Assembly: GCA_016204125.1 (NCBI GenBank)
Contig: JACQLI010000023.1
Coordinates: 1 to 40,722 of the forward strand
Origin: Candidatus Omnitrophota bacterium
GTDB taxonomy: Bacteria; Omnitrophota; Omnitrophia; Omnitrophales; JACQLI01
Length of the DNA stretch: 40,722 bases
Direction: 5' to 3'
In this document: in pieces, positions 16,747 to 24,608 of the stretch
Layout: the number at the start of each line of letters is the position of its first letter
Numbering within the stretch: the stretch's first letter is position 1
The notes under the pieces: model-generated
The model's database searches: none
Told to the model about the DNA's origin: nothing
What the model saw: only the letters and a program-made list of their open reading frames with translations
Program-made: the position numbers and the translations under genes

Positions 16747-16862
16747 GGTTTCTTGTCGGAATTTGTCACCGGTCCACATCCGCAGGTGCCTCCGTGTTTA
16801 ACTCGCCAAATGAGCCATGCGGCTACGGCCCCGACAATCAACAAACCAAGTATCAGTTTCAT
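16743..16862 (-). CDS. 39-aa Cys-rich small membrane peptide (resembles FeoB-associated Cys-rich membrane proteins)
   Basis: My translation is MKLILGLLIVGAVAAWLIWRVKHGGTCGCGPVTNSDKKP, one TM helix then GGTCGCG. It lies 26 nt downstream of the repeated ECF-type promoter motif. Its stop overlaps the next start (ATGA). Confidence 0.4.
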   Translation of the reverse strand: MKLILGLLIVGAVAAWLIWRVKHGGTCGCGPVTNSDKKP

Positions 16863-16887
16863 GGTGATATTTCACTCCTTTCGCTAT

Positions 16888-16919
16888 TGATTAAGATGCG
16901 TGTGGAGGCAAAAGGATTC
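16888..16919 (-). promoter_or_regulatory. ECF-type promoter motif, copy 2 (in front of the 21-gene array)
   Basis: The minus strand reads GAATCCTTTTGC-N7-CGCATCTTAATCA. Both blocks and the spacing are identical to the copy upstream of the ECF sigma gene. Confidence 0.5.
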
Positions 16920-16960
16920 AGCGCCTAGGACTACGTTCAGACAGGAGGTGGGATAGTGGG

Positions 16961-17254
16961 TTACGAGGAACCGGCCAGGCGGAGCCACAACCGTTTCCAG
17001 AATCCAGGTGGCTGTAGGCCCGGCTTGGACTTAATAAAGCTACGTAACTTCTGCCTAAGCTCGGGAGGAATCTCTCTCGGATGGAGTTCTTTCGAGAGCT
17101 TGATTGTTTGCCTGTAGGTATTGATGAAGGCAAGACAGCCCGGGCAATCAGCCAAATGCTGTTCGAGCTGTTGCCTCAGCGCAGGCTCAAGCGAGCCGTC
17201 AATGTAGTCATAGAGGAGCTTGCCGACATCACGACACCTAAGCATCGTATTCAT
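16961..17254 (-). CDS. zinc-binding anti-sigma factor (ZAS, zf-HC2), soluble
   Basis: HLADCPGC (HxxxCxxC) plus an upstream Cys (LRCRD). It overlaps the ECF sigma stop by 4 nt. I see no TM segment. Confidence 0.75.
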   Translation of the reverse strand: MNTMLRCRDVGKLLYDYIDGSLEPALRQQLEQHLADCPGCLAFINTYRQTIKLSKELHPREIPPELRQKLRSFIKSKPGLQPPGFWKRLWLRLAGSS

Positions 17255-17877
17255 TTTGGGCTAACCATCTTGAAATTTGGAAAATGCGCTGTCATATAGT
17301 CTGCTAATTCCTTGCGCAAAAAAAGCCGTGCCCGATGGAGCCGGCTCTTCAAGGCCGCAATGGAGATTTCAAGGATCTGGCTCGTCTCCTCTGCTGAAAG
17401 CTCTTCGATGTCCCTTAGGATAAATACACTTCGATAATCCGGTGGGAGAGCCGTAAGGGCCTCATCGATCCGATGAAGAAGTTCCTTACGCATCAGTTCC
17501 TCATCAGGAAGTTTTGACCAGTCGACTACGGGCTCAGCAATCATTCCTTCCTCTGTCATCTTAGGCCCCAACTCCTCTTCAAGCGGTATCTCCTGAAATT
17601 TGGACCGCTTTCTAAGCTTCATGAGTGCGGTGTTCGTAGCAATCCGGTAAATCCAACTCGAAAGCTTGGCGTTTCCCCGAAACCCATCAATTTTCTGAAA
17701 AACGGTCAAGAAGACATCCTGGAGGATTTCCTCCGCATCTTGACGATTGCCTGTCATCCGAAGAGCCAGACCGAAGATCTTGGCCTCATACTGGGTCATC
17801 AGGGCTTCCAAGGCAGCTTCGTCCTTCGCCTTGAGCCGTCTAATAAAATTCAGATCGTCAGATGGGGATTTGGCCAT
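17251..17877 (-). CDS. ECF (sigma-70 group 4) RNA polymerase sigma factor
   Basis: Region 2, DAEEILQDVFLTVFQK...WIYRIATN, and region 4, LSAEETSQILEISIAALKSRLHRAR. Confidence 0.9.
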   Translation of the reverse strand: MAKSPSDDLNFIRRLKAKDEAALEALMTQYEAKIFGLALRMTGNRQDAEEILQDVFLTVFQKIDGFRGNAKLSSWIYRIATNTALMKLRKRSKFQEIPLEEELGPKMTEEGMIAEPVVDWSKLPDEELMRKELLHRIDEALTALPPDYRSVFILRDIEELSAEETSQILEISIAALKSRLHRARLFLRKELADYMTAHFPNFKMVSPK

Positions 17878-17934
17878 GTTTCGTATTCTAGCCCCGCATC
17901 CTCACCTGGACAAGAAGCCTTTTCCGGTTCTCAG

Positions 17935-17966
17935 TGATTAAGATGCGGAAGTTAGCAAAAGGATTC
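17935..17966 (-). promoter_or_regulatory. ECF-type promoter motif, copy 1 (likely autoregulatory, upstream of the sigma gene)
   Basis: The minus strand reads GAATCCTTTTGC-N7-CGCATCTTAATCA and ends 58 nt upstream of the sigma start codon. Confidence 0.5.
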
Positions 17967-17998
17967 GTATTTAAAAGAAGAAGCTTGAAGAGCGGTTG

Positions 17999-18826
17999 TT
18001 ACGGAACACTTCTCTGAAGATAATAACGAAGCCGCTCAAACGCTTTGTCTTGCTCCTTTTCGTTAAAAATCTCGTGAAAAAATCCAGGAAAGCTTTCGCG
18101 TTTCTTCTCAGGGGCGTGGAGATGATCAAAAAATTGCCGGGTCCCTTTCGGATCGACAACGAAATCGGTCCCTGCCATAAGAATGTACACAGGAAAGGAA
18201 ACCGTTGTCTCCTTCTCCTGAAAAAGAGTGGTATGTCTTAACATTTCACGAACAAGCCTCACAGTGATTCTTCTCTGGATTAATGGGTCCGCTTTGTACT
18301 TTTCCACCTCTTTGGGATCGTGTGTCAGATAAGGCGGATGCACGGGATTCTTGATAACCAGACGCGGCGCTAACCGATCCAGAACAGGGACAACAAACTT
18401 AATACCCCACTCGTTAGGAATTTTAAACAAAGGGGACGAGAGAATAAGCTTCGTCACCTTATCTTGATTCTTCTCGGCCCAACTTGTTGCAATGAGACCG
18501 CCCAGAGAATGACCGAAAAGTAGGATAGGGCTCGCAATTTTAAACTCTTTGTTTAAAAAAGAAAGAAAGCTTGAAACGTCAGCGAGATAATCCTCGAAAG
18601 ATGAAACGTAAACAGGGCGACCCCCTGAAAGACCGCATCCGCGGAGATCAAAAGTACCTAGAGAAACACCGGTATCCTCAAGCCTAGTGAAAAACTTAAG
18701 GTACCTGCCTGTGTGTTCTCCGTGACCATGAAGAAGGATCAGGCATTTTTCTTGAGATCCTTTCTGAAATCGAAAGAAGATCCGTTCCTTGTCCGAGGCC
18801 TCGAAAAATCCTTCCTGGATGGCCAT
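17999..18826 (-). CDS. alpha/beta hydrolase (lysophospholipase / monoacylglycerol lipase-like)
   Basis: LLHGHGEHTGRY and the nucleophile elbow GHSLGG. Confidence 0.85.
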   Translation of the reverse strand: MAIQEGFFEASDKERIFFRFQKGSQEKCLILLHGHGEHTGRYLKFFTRLEDTGVSLGTFDLRGCGLSGGRPVYVSSFEDYLADVSSFLSFLNKEFKIASPILLFGHSLGGLIATSWAEKNQDKVTKLILSSPLFKIPNEWGIKFVVPVLDRLAPRLVIKNPVHPPYLTHDPKEVEKYKADPLIQRRITVRLVREMLRHTTLFQEKETTVSFPVYILMAGTDFVVDPKGTRQFFDHLHAPEKKRESFPGFFHEIFNEKEQDKAFERLRYYLQRSVP

Positions 18827-18829
18827 GAG

Positions 18830-20650
18830 TTACTTAGGTTGGCTTTGATACAACGCTTCAATGATAGAAGCGTAACGCTCCATGACAACTCGGCGCTTCA
18901 CTTTGAGAGTGGGAGTCAGTTCACCTGCATCTTGCGTCAGTTCTTTCGGAAGGAGGTGAAAGTATTGGATCTGTTCGTAATGTGCGAATTCCTTTGTTCT
19001 TTCTCGAAGTCTTTGAGCGACGATCTCGTGAATCCGATTCTTTCGAAGTAAGTCTTCCCAAGATGAACTTTGAATTCCTTCTTCTTTAGACAAACGCTCC
19101 AGTTCATGCCTATTAGGAACGACCAGAGCTACAAGATAAGGTTTTCTGTCTCCAATGATAACGACTTGGCTAAAAAGAGAGTCGCCTAGAATCTCATTCT
19201 CGATATTTTGTGGTGAGATATTCTTACCGCCAGCTGTCACAATGATATCCTTTTTTCTCCCAGTAATTTTAAGGAATCCGTCCGAATCGATTTCTCCAAG
19301 ATCTCCTGTATAGAACCAGCCGTCACGGATGACTTCTCGTGTAGCCTCTTCGTTCTTAAAGTAACCCTTCATGATAAGAGGTCCTTTTGTCAAAACCTCC
19401 CCATCCTCAGCAATCCGAACTTCGACTCCTGGAAGCGGAGGCCCTACGGTTCCAAATTTAAAGTGATCAGGCCTATTTACAGAAATGACGGGTGAAGTTT
19501 CGGTCAGGCCGTAACCTTCCAGAATAAGGACATCAGCTGCATAGAAGAATTCACCCAGCTCTTTAGCCAAAGGCGCACCTCCCGAAATAAAAAAACGGAT
19601 TCGCCCCCCGAGACTACGCTTAAGTTTGTTGAAGACCAGGGCCTTTGCCAGCAAAAACTGAAGTTTCAGAAGCGGAGGCAACGGCTTTTTTGTAGCGCGC
19701 TTTTCTCCAGCTTTTCTTCCCACTTCGATGGACCAATGAAAGATCGCCTGTTTGAGAGGTGAACTCTTTTGAACCGTATCCACAATATGGGCGTGCATCT
19801 TCTCAAAAAAACGAGGCACGCTCGCTGCAACTGTCGGCCGAACAAGTAAAAGATCCTGTGCCACGGTCTGCATGTTCTCTGCATACGCAATCGATGCGCC
19901 TTGCTGGATCATAAAGTAATACCCCGCCATCCGTTCAAAAACGTGGCTCAAAGGTAGAAAAGAAAGTGTTCTCTCATTTTCTGGAAAAAGAAGGACTCCT
20001 GATGAGGCTTCGCAATTGGAAAGAAAATTGCCGTGGGTAAGCATCACCCCTTTGGGAGGCCCTGTTGTGCCAGACGTGTAGATGAGGGTAGCCAGATCAT
20101 CTCGTGTAACCTTCTGTACCAACTGATCGTACAGGTCCGAATTGTTAAGGTTGCCTAACCGCCCCTTCTCAAGGCAATCTGTAAAAGTCCACACATGGGG
20201 TGATTGGATCTCGCGAAGATCAAATCCGATAACGGTCTTGAGTTTCCCCTCTTGGACGAGAGGCTTGATTTTTTCAAACTGATCAACCGTGGAAACGAAA
20301 AGAACCGATACTTCGGCATGTTCTAAGACATAGTGACAGTCCTTGCGAGAACTGGTGGGGTAAATAGGAACTGAGGCAGCCCCCAGACTCAAAATTCCAA
20401 GATCGGCAAATGCCCATTCGGGACGATTTTCTGAAAGAATCCCCACTCGGTCGCCTCTTCGTACCCCCAGTTGGTAAAGGGCCAGGGTTACCCCCTGGAC
20501 TCGGTCTTGAAATTCCTTCCAAGTGAAGAATTGAAAGCGGCCTTCTTTCTTAAACCAAAGGGCGGGCTTATTAGGGGAACAATTTGCTCGCCAGATGAAC
20601 ATTTCGGCGAGACTTGAAGAAGATTTCGGTACTTGAGAAGCTTGCGTCAC
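18830..20650 (-). CDS. fadD: long-chain fatty acid-CoA ligase (AMP-forming)
   Basis: AMP-binding motif YTSGTTGPPKGV, plus GYGLTE and TGDLGEIDSDGFLKITGRKKD. The start codon is a GTG. Confidence 0.9.
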   Translation of the reverse strand: MTQASQVPKSSSSLAEMFIWRANCSPNKPALWFKKEGRFQFFTWKEFQDRVQGVTLALYQLGVRRGDRVGILSENRPEWAFADLGILSLGAASVPIYPTSSRKDCHYVLEHAEVSVLFVSTVDQFEKIKPLVQEGKLKTVIGFDLREIQSPHVWTFTDCLEKGRLGNLNNSDLYDQLVQKVTRDDLATLIYTSGTTGPPKGVMLTHGNFLSNCEASSGVLLFPENERTLSFLPLSHVFERMAGYYFMIQQGASIAYAENMQTVAQDLLLVRPTVAASVPRFFEKMHAHIVDTVQKSSPLKQAIFHWSIEVGRKAGEKRATKKPLPPLLKLQFLLAKALVFNKLKRSLGGRIRFFISGGAPLAKELGEFFYAADVLILEGYGLTETSPVISVNRPDHFKFGTVGPPLPGVEVRIAEDGEVLTKGPLIMKGYFKNEEATREVIRDGWFYTGDLGEIDSDGFLKITGRKKDIIVTAGGKNISPQNIENEILGDSLFSQVVIIGDRKPYLVALVVPNRHELERLSKEEGIQSSSWEDLLRKNRIHEIVAQRLRERTKEFAHYEQIQYFHLLPKELTQDAGELTPTLKVKRRVVMERYASIIEALYQSQPK

Positions 20651-21396
20651 CTGGCCTGTTCACGCGGCTGAAACCATCCCAACCACGCAGGCTTTTTGGG
20701 CTCTTGTTTTGGAGCTGGCTTAGGACTTTTTGGAGGAGCGGCTGTTGTCGGTTGGGGTATGAGTTTCGGCTTTTCTGTGGTCAATGGCTTAATTTCTTCT
20801 TTCTCTTCTTTTTTCTCTTTCTCCTCTTTCTTTTCTCCCTTTTCCTTTTTCTCTTTTTCCTCTTCTTCCTTGATTTTTTCTAATACGGACCGGTTTTGAC
20901 GAGCCTGCTCCTGAATCAGTCTGATTTTTTGGAGACGTACAATCTCTTCGGTGTTAGCAGTTCCTACTGTTATGGGTCGTGCCGCCTGTGCGCTGGATAG
21001 CTCGCTTAGAAGTCTTTGATGAACTCGCGCTTGTTCGGTAATCCTCTGTATTTCACGGAGCTGGGTCAACTGTTGAGTCTCAATCGATTGGTGGATCCGA
21101 ACAATATCTTGAAGATCCCGCTGAACTTCTGCAACAGCAGGATCAGGATAGGTTGGATTTACGCGCGCAGGGAGATCTTTAACAGGCCGGTAAATAGGCT
21201 GGACAATGGGCTGCATAGCTCCTGTGCCGGGCGCATCTTCCTGAACCGCCTGTTTAACCCATTGGATTTCTTCCTTTTTCTGTTCGGACTGCTCTTCTTT
21301 GTCGGAGGACTTCTTCTTGTCCTTTGCTGCAAATAGGACTTCGTTTCCCGTGATGTACATCAGAAGAAAAAGAAAAAAGAAAAATGAACGATTCAT
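20647..21396 (-). CDS. secreted low-complexity Glu/Lys-rich protein
   Basis: Signal-like MNRSFFFFLFLLMYITGNEVLFA, a Gln-rich helical middle, then the run KEEEEKEKKEKGEKKEEKEKKEEKEE. It lies between fadD and the hydratase gene. Confidence 0.55.
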   Translation of the reverse strand: MNRSFFFFLFLLMYITGNEVLFAAKDKKKSSDKEEQSEQKKEEIQWVKQAVQEDAPGTGAMQPIVQPIYRPVKDLPARVNPTYPDPAVAEVQRDLQDIVRIHQSIETQQLTQLREIQRITEQARVHQRLLSELSSAQAARPITVGTANTEEIVRLQKIRLIQEQARQNRSVLEKIKEEEEKEKKEKGEKKEEKEKKEEKEEIKPLTTEKPKLIPQPTTAAPPKSPKPAPKQEPKKPAWLGWFQPREQAR

Positions 21397-21415
21397 AACC
21401 TTCCTCCCAACCTTT

Positions 21416-22204
21416 CTATTTGTCTTTAAACTTAGGCTGCCGCTTTTCTATGAATGCACTAACGCCTTCGCGCATATCTGCTGTTTCCACAATCTTGCCG
21501 AAGAGTTTTGCTTCGTAATCAAGTCCCTCCTCCAGGGACTTTTTAAGCCCTTCCGCAATCGCTTCCTCGGCATATCCTAACGCGACTGCGCTTTTGGATG
21601 CAATCTTCTTCGCAAAACCCATTGCCTGTCGAAGAAGCTCGCCATCTGGCACCACTCTATCCACAAGTCCGATTCGAAAGGCTTCCTGAGCCGTAATCAT
21701 ATCTCCTGTAAGGATAAGCTCTCGAGCCTTGCTCGGCCCTACAAGACGCGCCAGACGCTGAGTTCCGCCAAAACCAGGGATAATGCCTAGACTGATCTCA
21801 GGTTGACCAAAACGTGCCCGATCCGATGCAATCCTCATATGACAGGCTAAAATGAGTTCATTTCCTCCTCCCACACAAACTGAATTGATTGCTGCAATCA
21901 CAGGTTTTTTCATCTTTTCAATCTGAGTAATAACAGACTGTCCCTTCTTGGCAACTTCTTCTCCTTCTTTAGCTGTTTTCAGAGCCACCATTTCCTTAAT
22001 ATCAGCCCCTGCCACAAAGGTATGGTTTTTCCCCTCTCCTGTTATGATAATGACTTTGACCCCAGCATTCTCGGCAAGTTCACGAAAAGTATCGGCAAGT
22101 TCCTGCATAGCCTTACCGTTTAGAGCGTTAACAGGAGGTCTATCAATCGTAACAAGAGCCACCTTCTCTTCAATCTTTGTTTTAATAAACTCTCTATCAC
22201 CCAT
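21416..22204 (-). CDS. enoyl-CoA hydratase/isomerase (crotonase) family
   Basis: FVAGADIKEM and CVGGGNELILACHMRIAS...FGQPEISLGIIPGFGGTQRL. I set the start at the ATG at 22204 (MGDREF). The ORF-track start at 22225 is a GTG. Confidence 0.9.
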   Translation of the reverse strand: MGDREFIKTKIEEKVALVTIDRPPVNALNGKAMQELADTFRELAENAGVKVIIITGEGKNHTFVAGADIKEMVALKTAKEGEEVAKKGQSVITQIEKMKKPVIAAINSVCVGGGNELILACHMRIASDRARFGQPEISLGIIPGFGGTQRLARLVGPSKARELILTGDMITAQEAFRIGLVDRVVPDGELLRQAMGFAKKIASKSAVALGYAEEAIAEGLKKSLEEGLDYEAKLFGKIVETADMREGVSAFIEKRQPKFKDK

Positions 22205-23408
22205 AGATATGAAATCCTCTTCCACTTTTCTTTCCTAAGAATTGAGCCCCGACCATTCGCTTCAGACGCGGGGCCGGCCAGAACCTATCACCGTGCTCTT
22301 TGTATAATTCTTCAAGTCGAGCCAAAACCACATCCAGCCCTATTTCGTCGGCATAGCGAAGTATACCACCTTTTTCTTGGGGAAACCCTGTTCCGGCAAT
22401 CATAGCAAGATCAATGTCGGATGCAGAAGCGACGTTTTCTTCGAGACAAAGGGCGGCTTCATTGACCATCGGATAGATGATTCTGTCGAGGCTAAACTTA
22501 CTTTTCTTTGACTTCTCATTTTGAACTTCTCGAATCCAGTCTGCCAGACGATCCTTTTTATCAGCGTCGTAAACATAGAAGCCCGACCCCGACTTCTTAC
22601 CCAAATAGCCTGACTGATAAAGCTTGCCCCATATTGGGGCGGGCTGCATCCGATTTCCATAGGATTGTAAAAGCACCTGAACAACGTCAAAACAGATATC
22701 GATTCCAAGCTGGTCCACCAAGGTCAACGGACCCATGGGAAGACCGAAATCAGTAGCTGCTTTATCGATTTCCTCCCGCGTGGCTCCACCTTCTTGAAGA
22801 CAATAGGCGGCCTCGTTGAGATAAGGCATAAGAAGCCTGTTCACCAGGAAACCCGCGCATTCATTGACTCGTACTGGGATTTTGCGAAGCGACTCGGCAA
22901 AAAGGACGGTATCATCAACTGTTTCCTGACTCGTAGCAAGCCCAGGGATTATTTCCACCAGTTTCATTACCGCGGCGGGAAAGAAAAAATGCATGCCCAC
23001 GACCTTCTGGGGCCTTTTCGTTACCGCGGCCATTTCCGAGATAGAAAGGGCTGAGGTATTGCTGGCAAGAATAGCCCCTTCTCCTATTACTTTTTCTAGC
23101 TCTTGGAATACTTTTTTCTTCAATTCCATTTTTTCAGGAACTGCTTCGATAATCATGTCCACATCCCGAAAAGATTCATAGTCAGTGGCAGGAATAACGA
23201 GCGCCAACTTGGCATCCATATCCGATTGTGTCATCTTCCCTTTTTCTACGCGTCTTTTGTAGATGGAGCGAATCCGCTCCATTCCCTTTTGGACAAGTTC
23301 CTGGTTGATATCCTTTAAAACAACGGGAAGACCTGCGTAGGTAATAACCTGGGCAATCTCAGAACCCATGGCTCCTGCTCCGACAACGCCAGCTTTGTAG
23401 ATGAACAT
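22197..23408 (-). CDS. 3-hydroxyacyl-CoA dehydrogenase, NAD-binding, with extended C-terminal domain
   Basis: Rossmann motif GVVGAGAMGSEIA, then SNTSALSISE and HFFFPA. Confidence 0.9.
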   Translation of the reverse strand: MFIYKAGVVGAGAMGSEIAQVITYAGLPVVLKDINQELVQKGMERIRSIYKRRVEKGKMTQSDMDAKLALVIPATDYESFRDVDMIIEAVPEKMELKKKVFQELEKVIGEGAILASNTSALSISEMAAVTKRPQKVVGMHFFFPAAVMKLVEIIPGLATSQETVDDTVLFAESLRKIPVRVNECAGFLVNRLLMPYLNEAAYCLQEGGATREEIDKAATDFGLPMGPLTLVDQLGIDICFDVVQVLLQSYGNRMQPAPIWGKLYQSGYLGKKSGSGFYVYDADKKDRLADWIREVQNEKSKKSKFSLDRIIYPMVNEAALCLEENVASASDIDLAMIAGTGFPQEKGGILRYADEIGLDVVLARLEELYKEHGDRFWPAPRLKRMVGAQFLGKKSGRGFHIYG

Positions 23409-23417
23409 TTGATGATC

Positions 23418-24602
23418 CTAGCGTTCTAAGATAATCGCACCGCCCTGACCGCCGCCGACACACATCGTGGCGAGACCAAGGTTGAGACTGCGACGCTTCA
23501 TTTCGTGAAGAAGGGTAACGACAATCCGTGTTCCTGTGGTGCCAACGGGATGCCCCAAGGCAATAGCGCCTCCATTGACATTGGTGATTTCGCGATTCAG
23601 TTTAAGAAGACGTTCAACGGCGATATATTGGGCGGCAAACGCCTCATTCAATTCAATGAGCTGAATATCCTTTAATGTAGTTCCAGCTCTTTTCAACGCG
23701 ATAGGAACTGCGCAGGCTGGCCCGACACCCATCCTTTCAGGCTCCACTCCAGCAAAGGCCCACCCGCGAATTTTGCAGAGGGGCTCGAGTCCGAGCGTTT
23801 TCGCCTTCTCTCCTTTCACGACAAATAAAGCTGCAGCACCATCTGAAATGGGGCAAGAGTTACCTGCCGTCACACTACCATTTTCTTTAAAGAGCGGCGG
23901 ATACTGAGAAAGTATTTGGGCGTTGATAGCGGGATTAGGGCCTTCATCCTGGACAAATGTCTCAGGCGGGAGTTCTTTGCCGTAGAAATTCTTAGGAATC
24001 ATAACCTTCACTATCTCATCCCGAAACTTACCTTCACGAGTTGCGCGGAAGGCTCTCTGGTGAGAGAGAATGGAAAATTCGTCCTGCTCTTTTCTTGAGA
24101 TGTTGAATTCCTCGACCAAATTTTCAGCTGTTCGACCCATGATTTGACCGCACACAGGGTCAGTGAGCCCTTCCCAAATGGTGTCGATAAGTTGCGCGTG
24201 CCGAAGCCTCTTACCGAACCGAGTATCGCGAGATACATACGGGTAGGAAGACATACACTCCGTTCCGCCAGCCAGAACAATTTCCGCTTCTCCGGCGATA
24301 ATCATATGAGCTGCACTGACAATCGCCTGAAGGCCAGAGGCACAGTTACGGGCGACGGTAAAAGCAGGAATTTCCTTCCTAAGACCAGCCTGTAAGGCTA
24401 TGACACGAGAAACATTGGCTGCATCACTTTGCTGACCCACGCAGCCAAAGACAACTTCGTCAATCAGTTTAGGGTCCAAACGTGTGCGTTCAAGCAACGC
24501 CTGGACTACAACGACACCCAGCTTCTGATTGGTGAAATCTTTAAGCGCTCCCCCCAGATTACCTTGGGGTGTTCTTACCCCTCCAACGATCACGAGATCC
24601 AT
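23418..24602 (-). CDS. acetyl-CoA C-acyltransferase (thiolase)
   Basis: Active-site contexts NCASGLQA, NVNGGAIALGHPVG and CVGGGQG. Confidence 0.92.
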   Translation of the reverse strand: MDLVIVGGVRTPQGNLGGALKDFTNQKLGVVVVQALLERTRLDPKLIDEVVFGCVGQQSDAANVSRVIALQAGLRKEIPAFTVARNCASGLQAIVSAAHMIIAGEAEIVLAGGTECMSSYPYVSRDTRFGKRLRHAQLIDTIWEGLTDPVCGQIMGRTAENLVEEFNISRKEQDEFSILSHQRAFRATREGKFRDEIVKVMIPKNFYGKELPPETFVQDEGPNPAINAQILSQYPPLFKENGSVTAGNSCPISDGAAALFVVKGEKAKTLGLEPLCKIRGWAFAGVEPERMGVGPACAVPIALKRAGTTLKDIQLIELNEAFAAQYIAVERLLKLNREITNVNGGAIALGHPVGTTGTRIVVTLLHEMKRRSLNLGLATMCVGGGQGGAIILER

Positions 24603-24608
24603 AGCTTG

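Noticed and set aside
17967-17998. Terminator between the alpha/beta hydrolase gene and the ECF promoter
   Set aside because: The sequence gaagaagcttgaagag contains only the AAGCTT palindrome. Its arms are not complementary and there is no U-tract.
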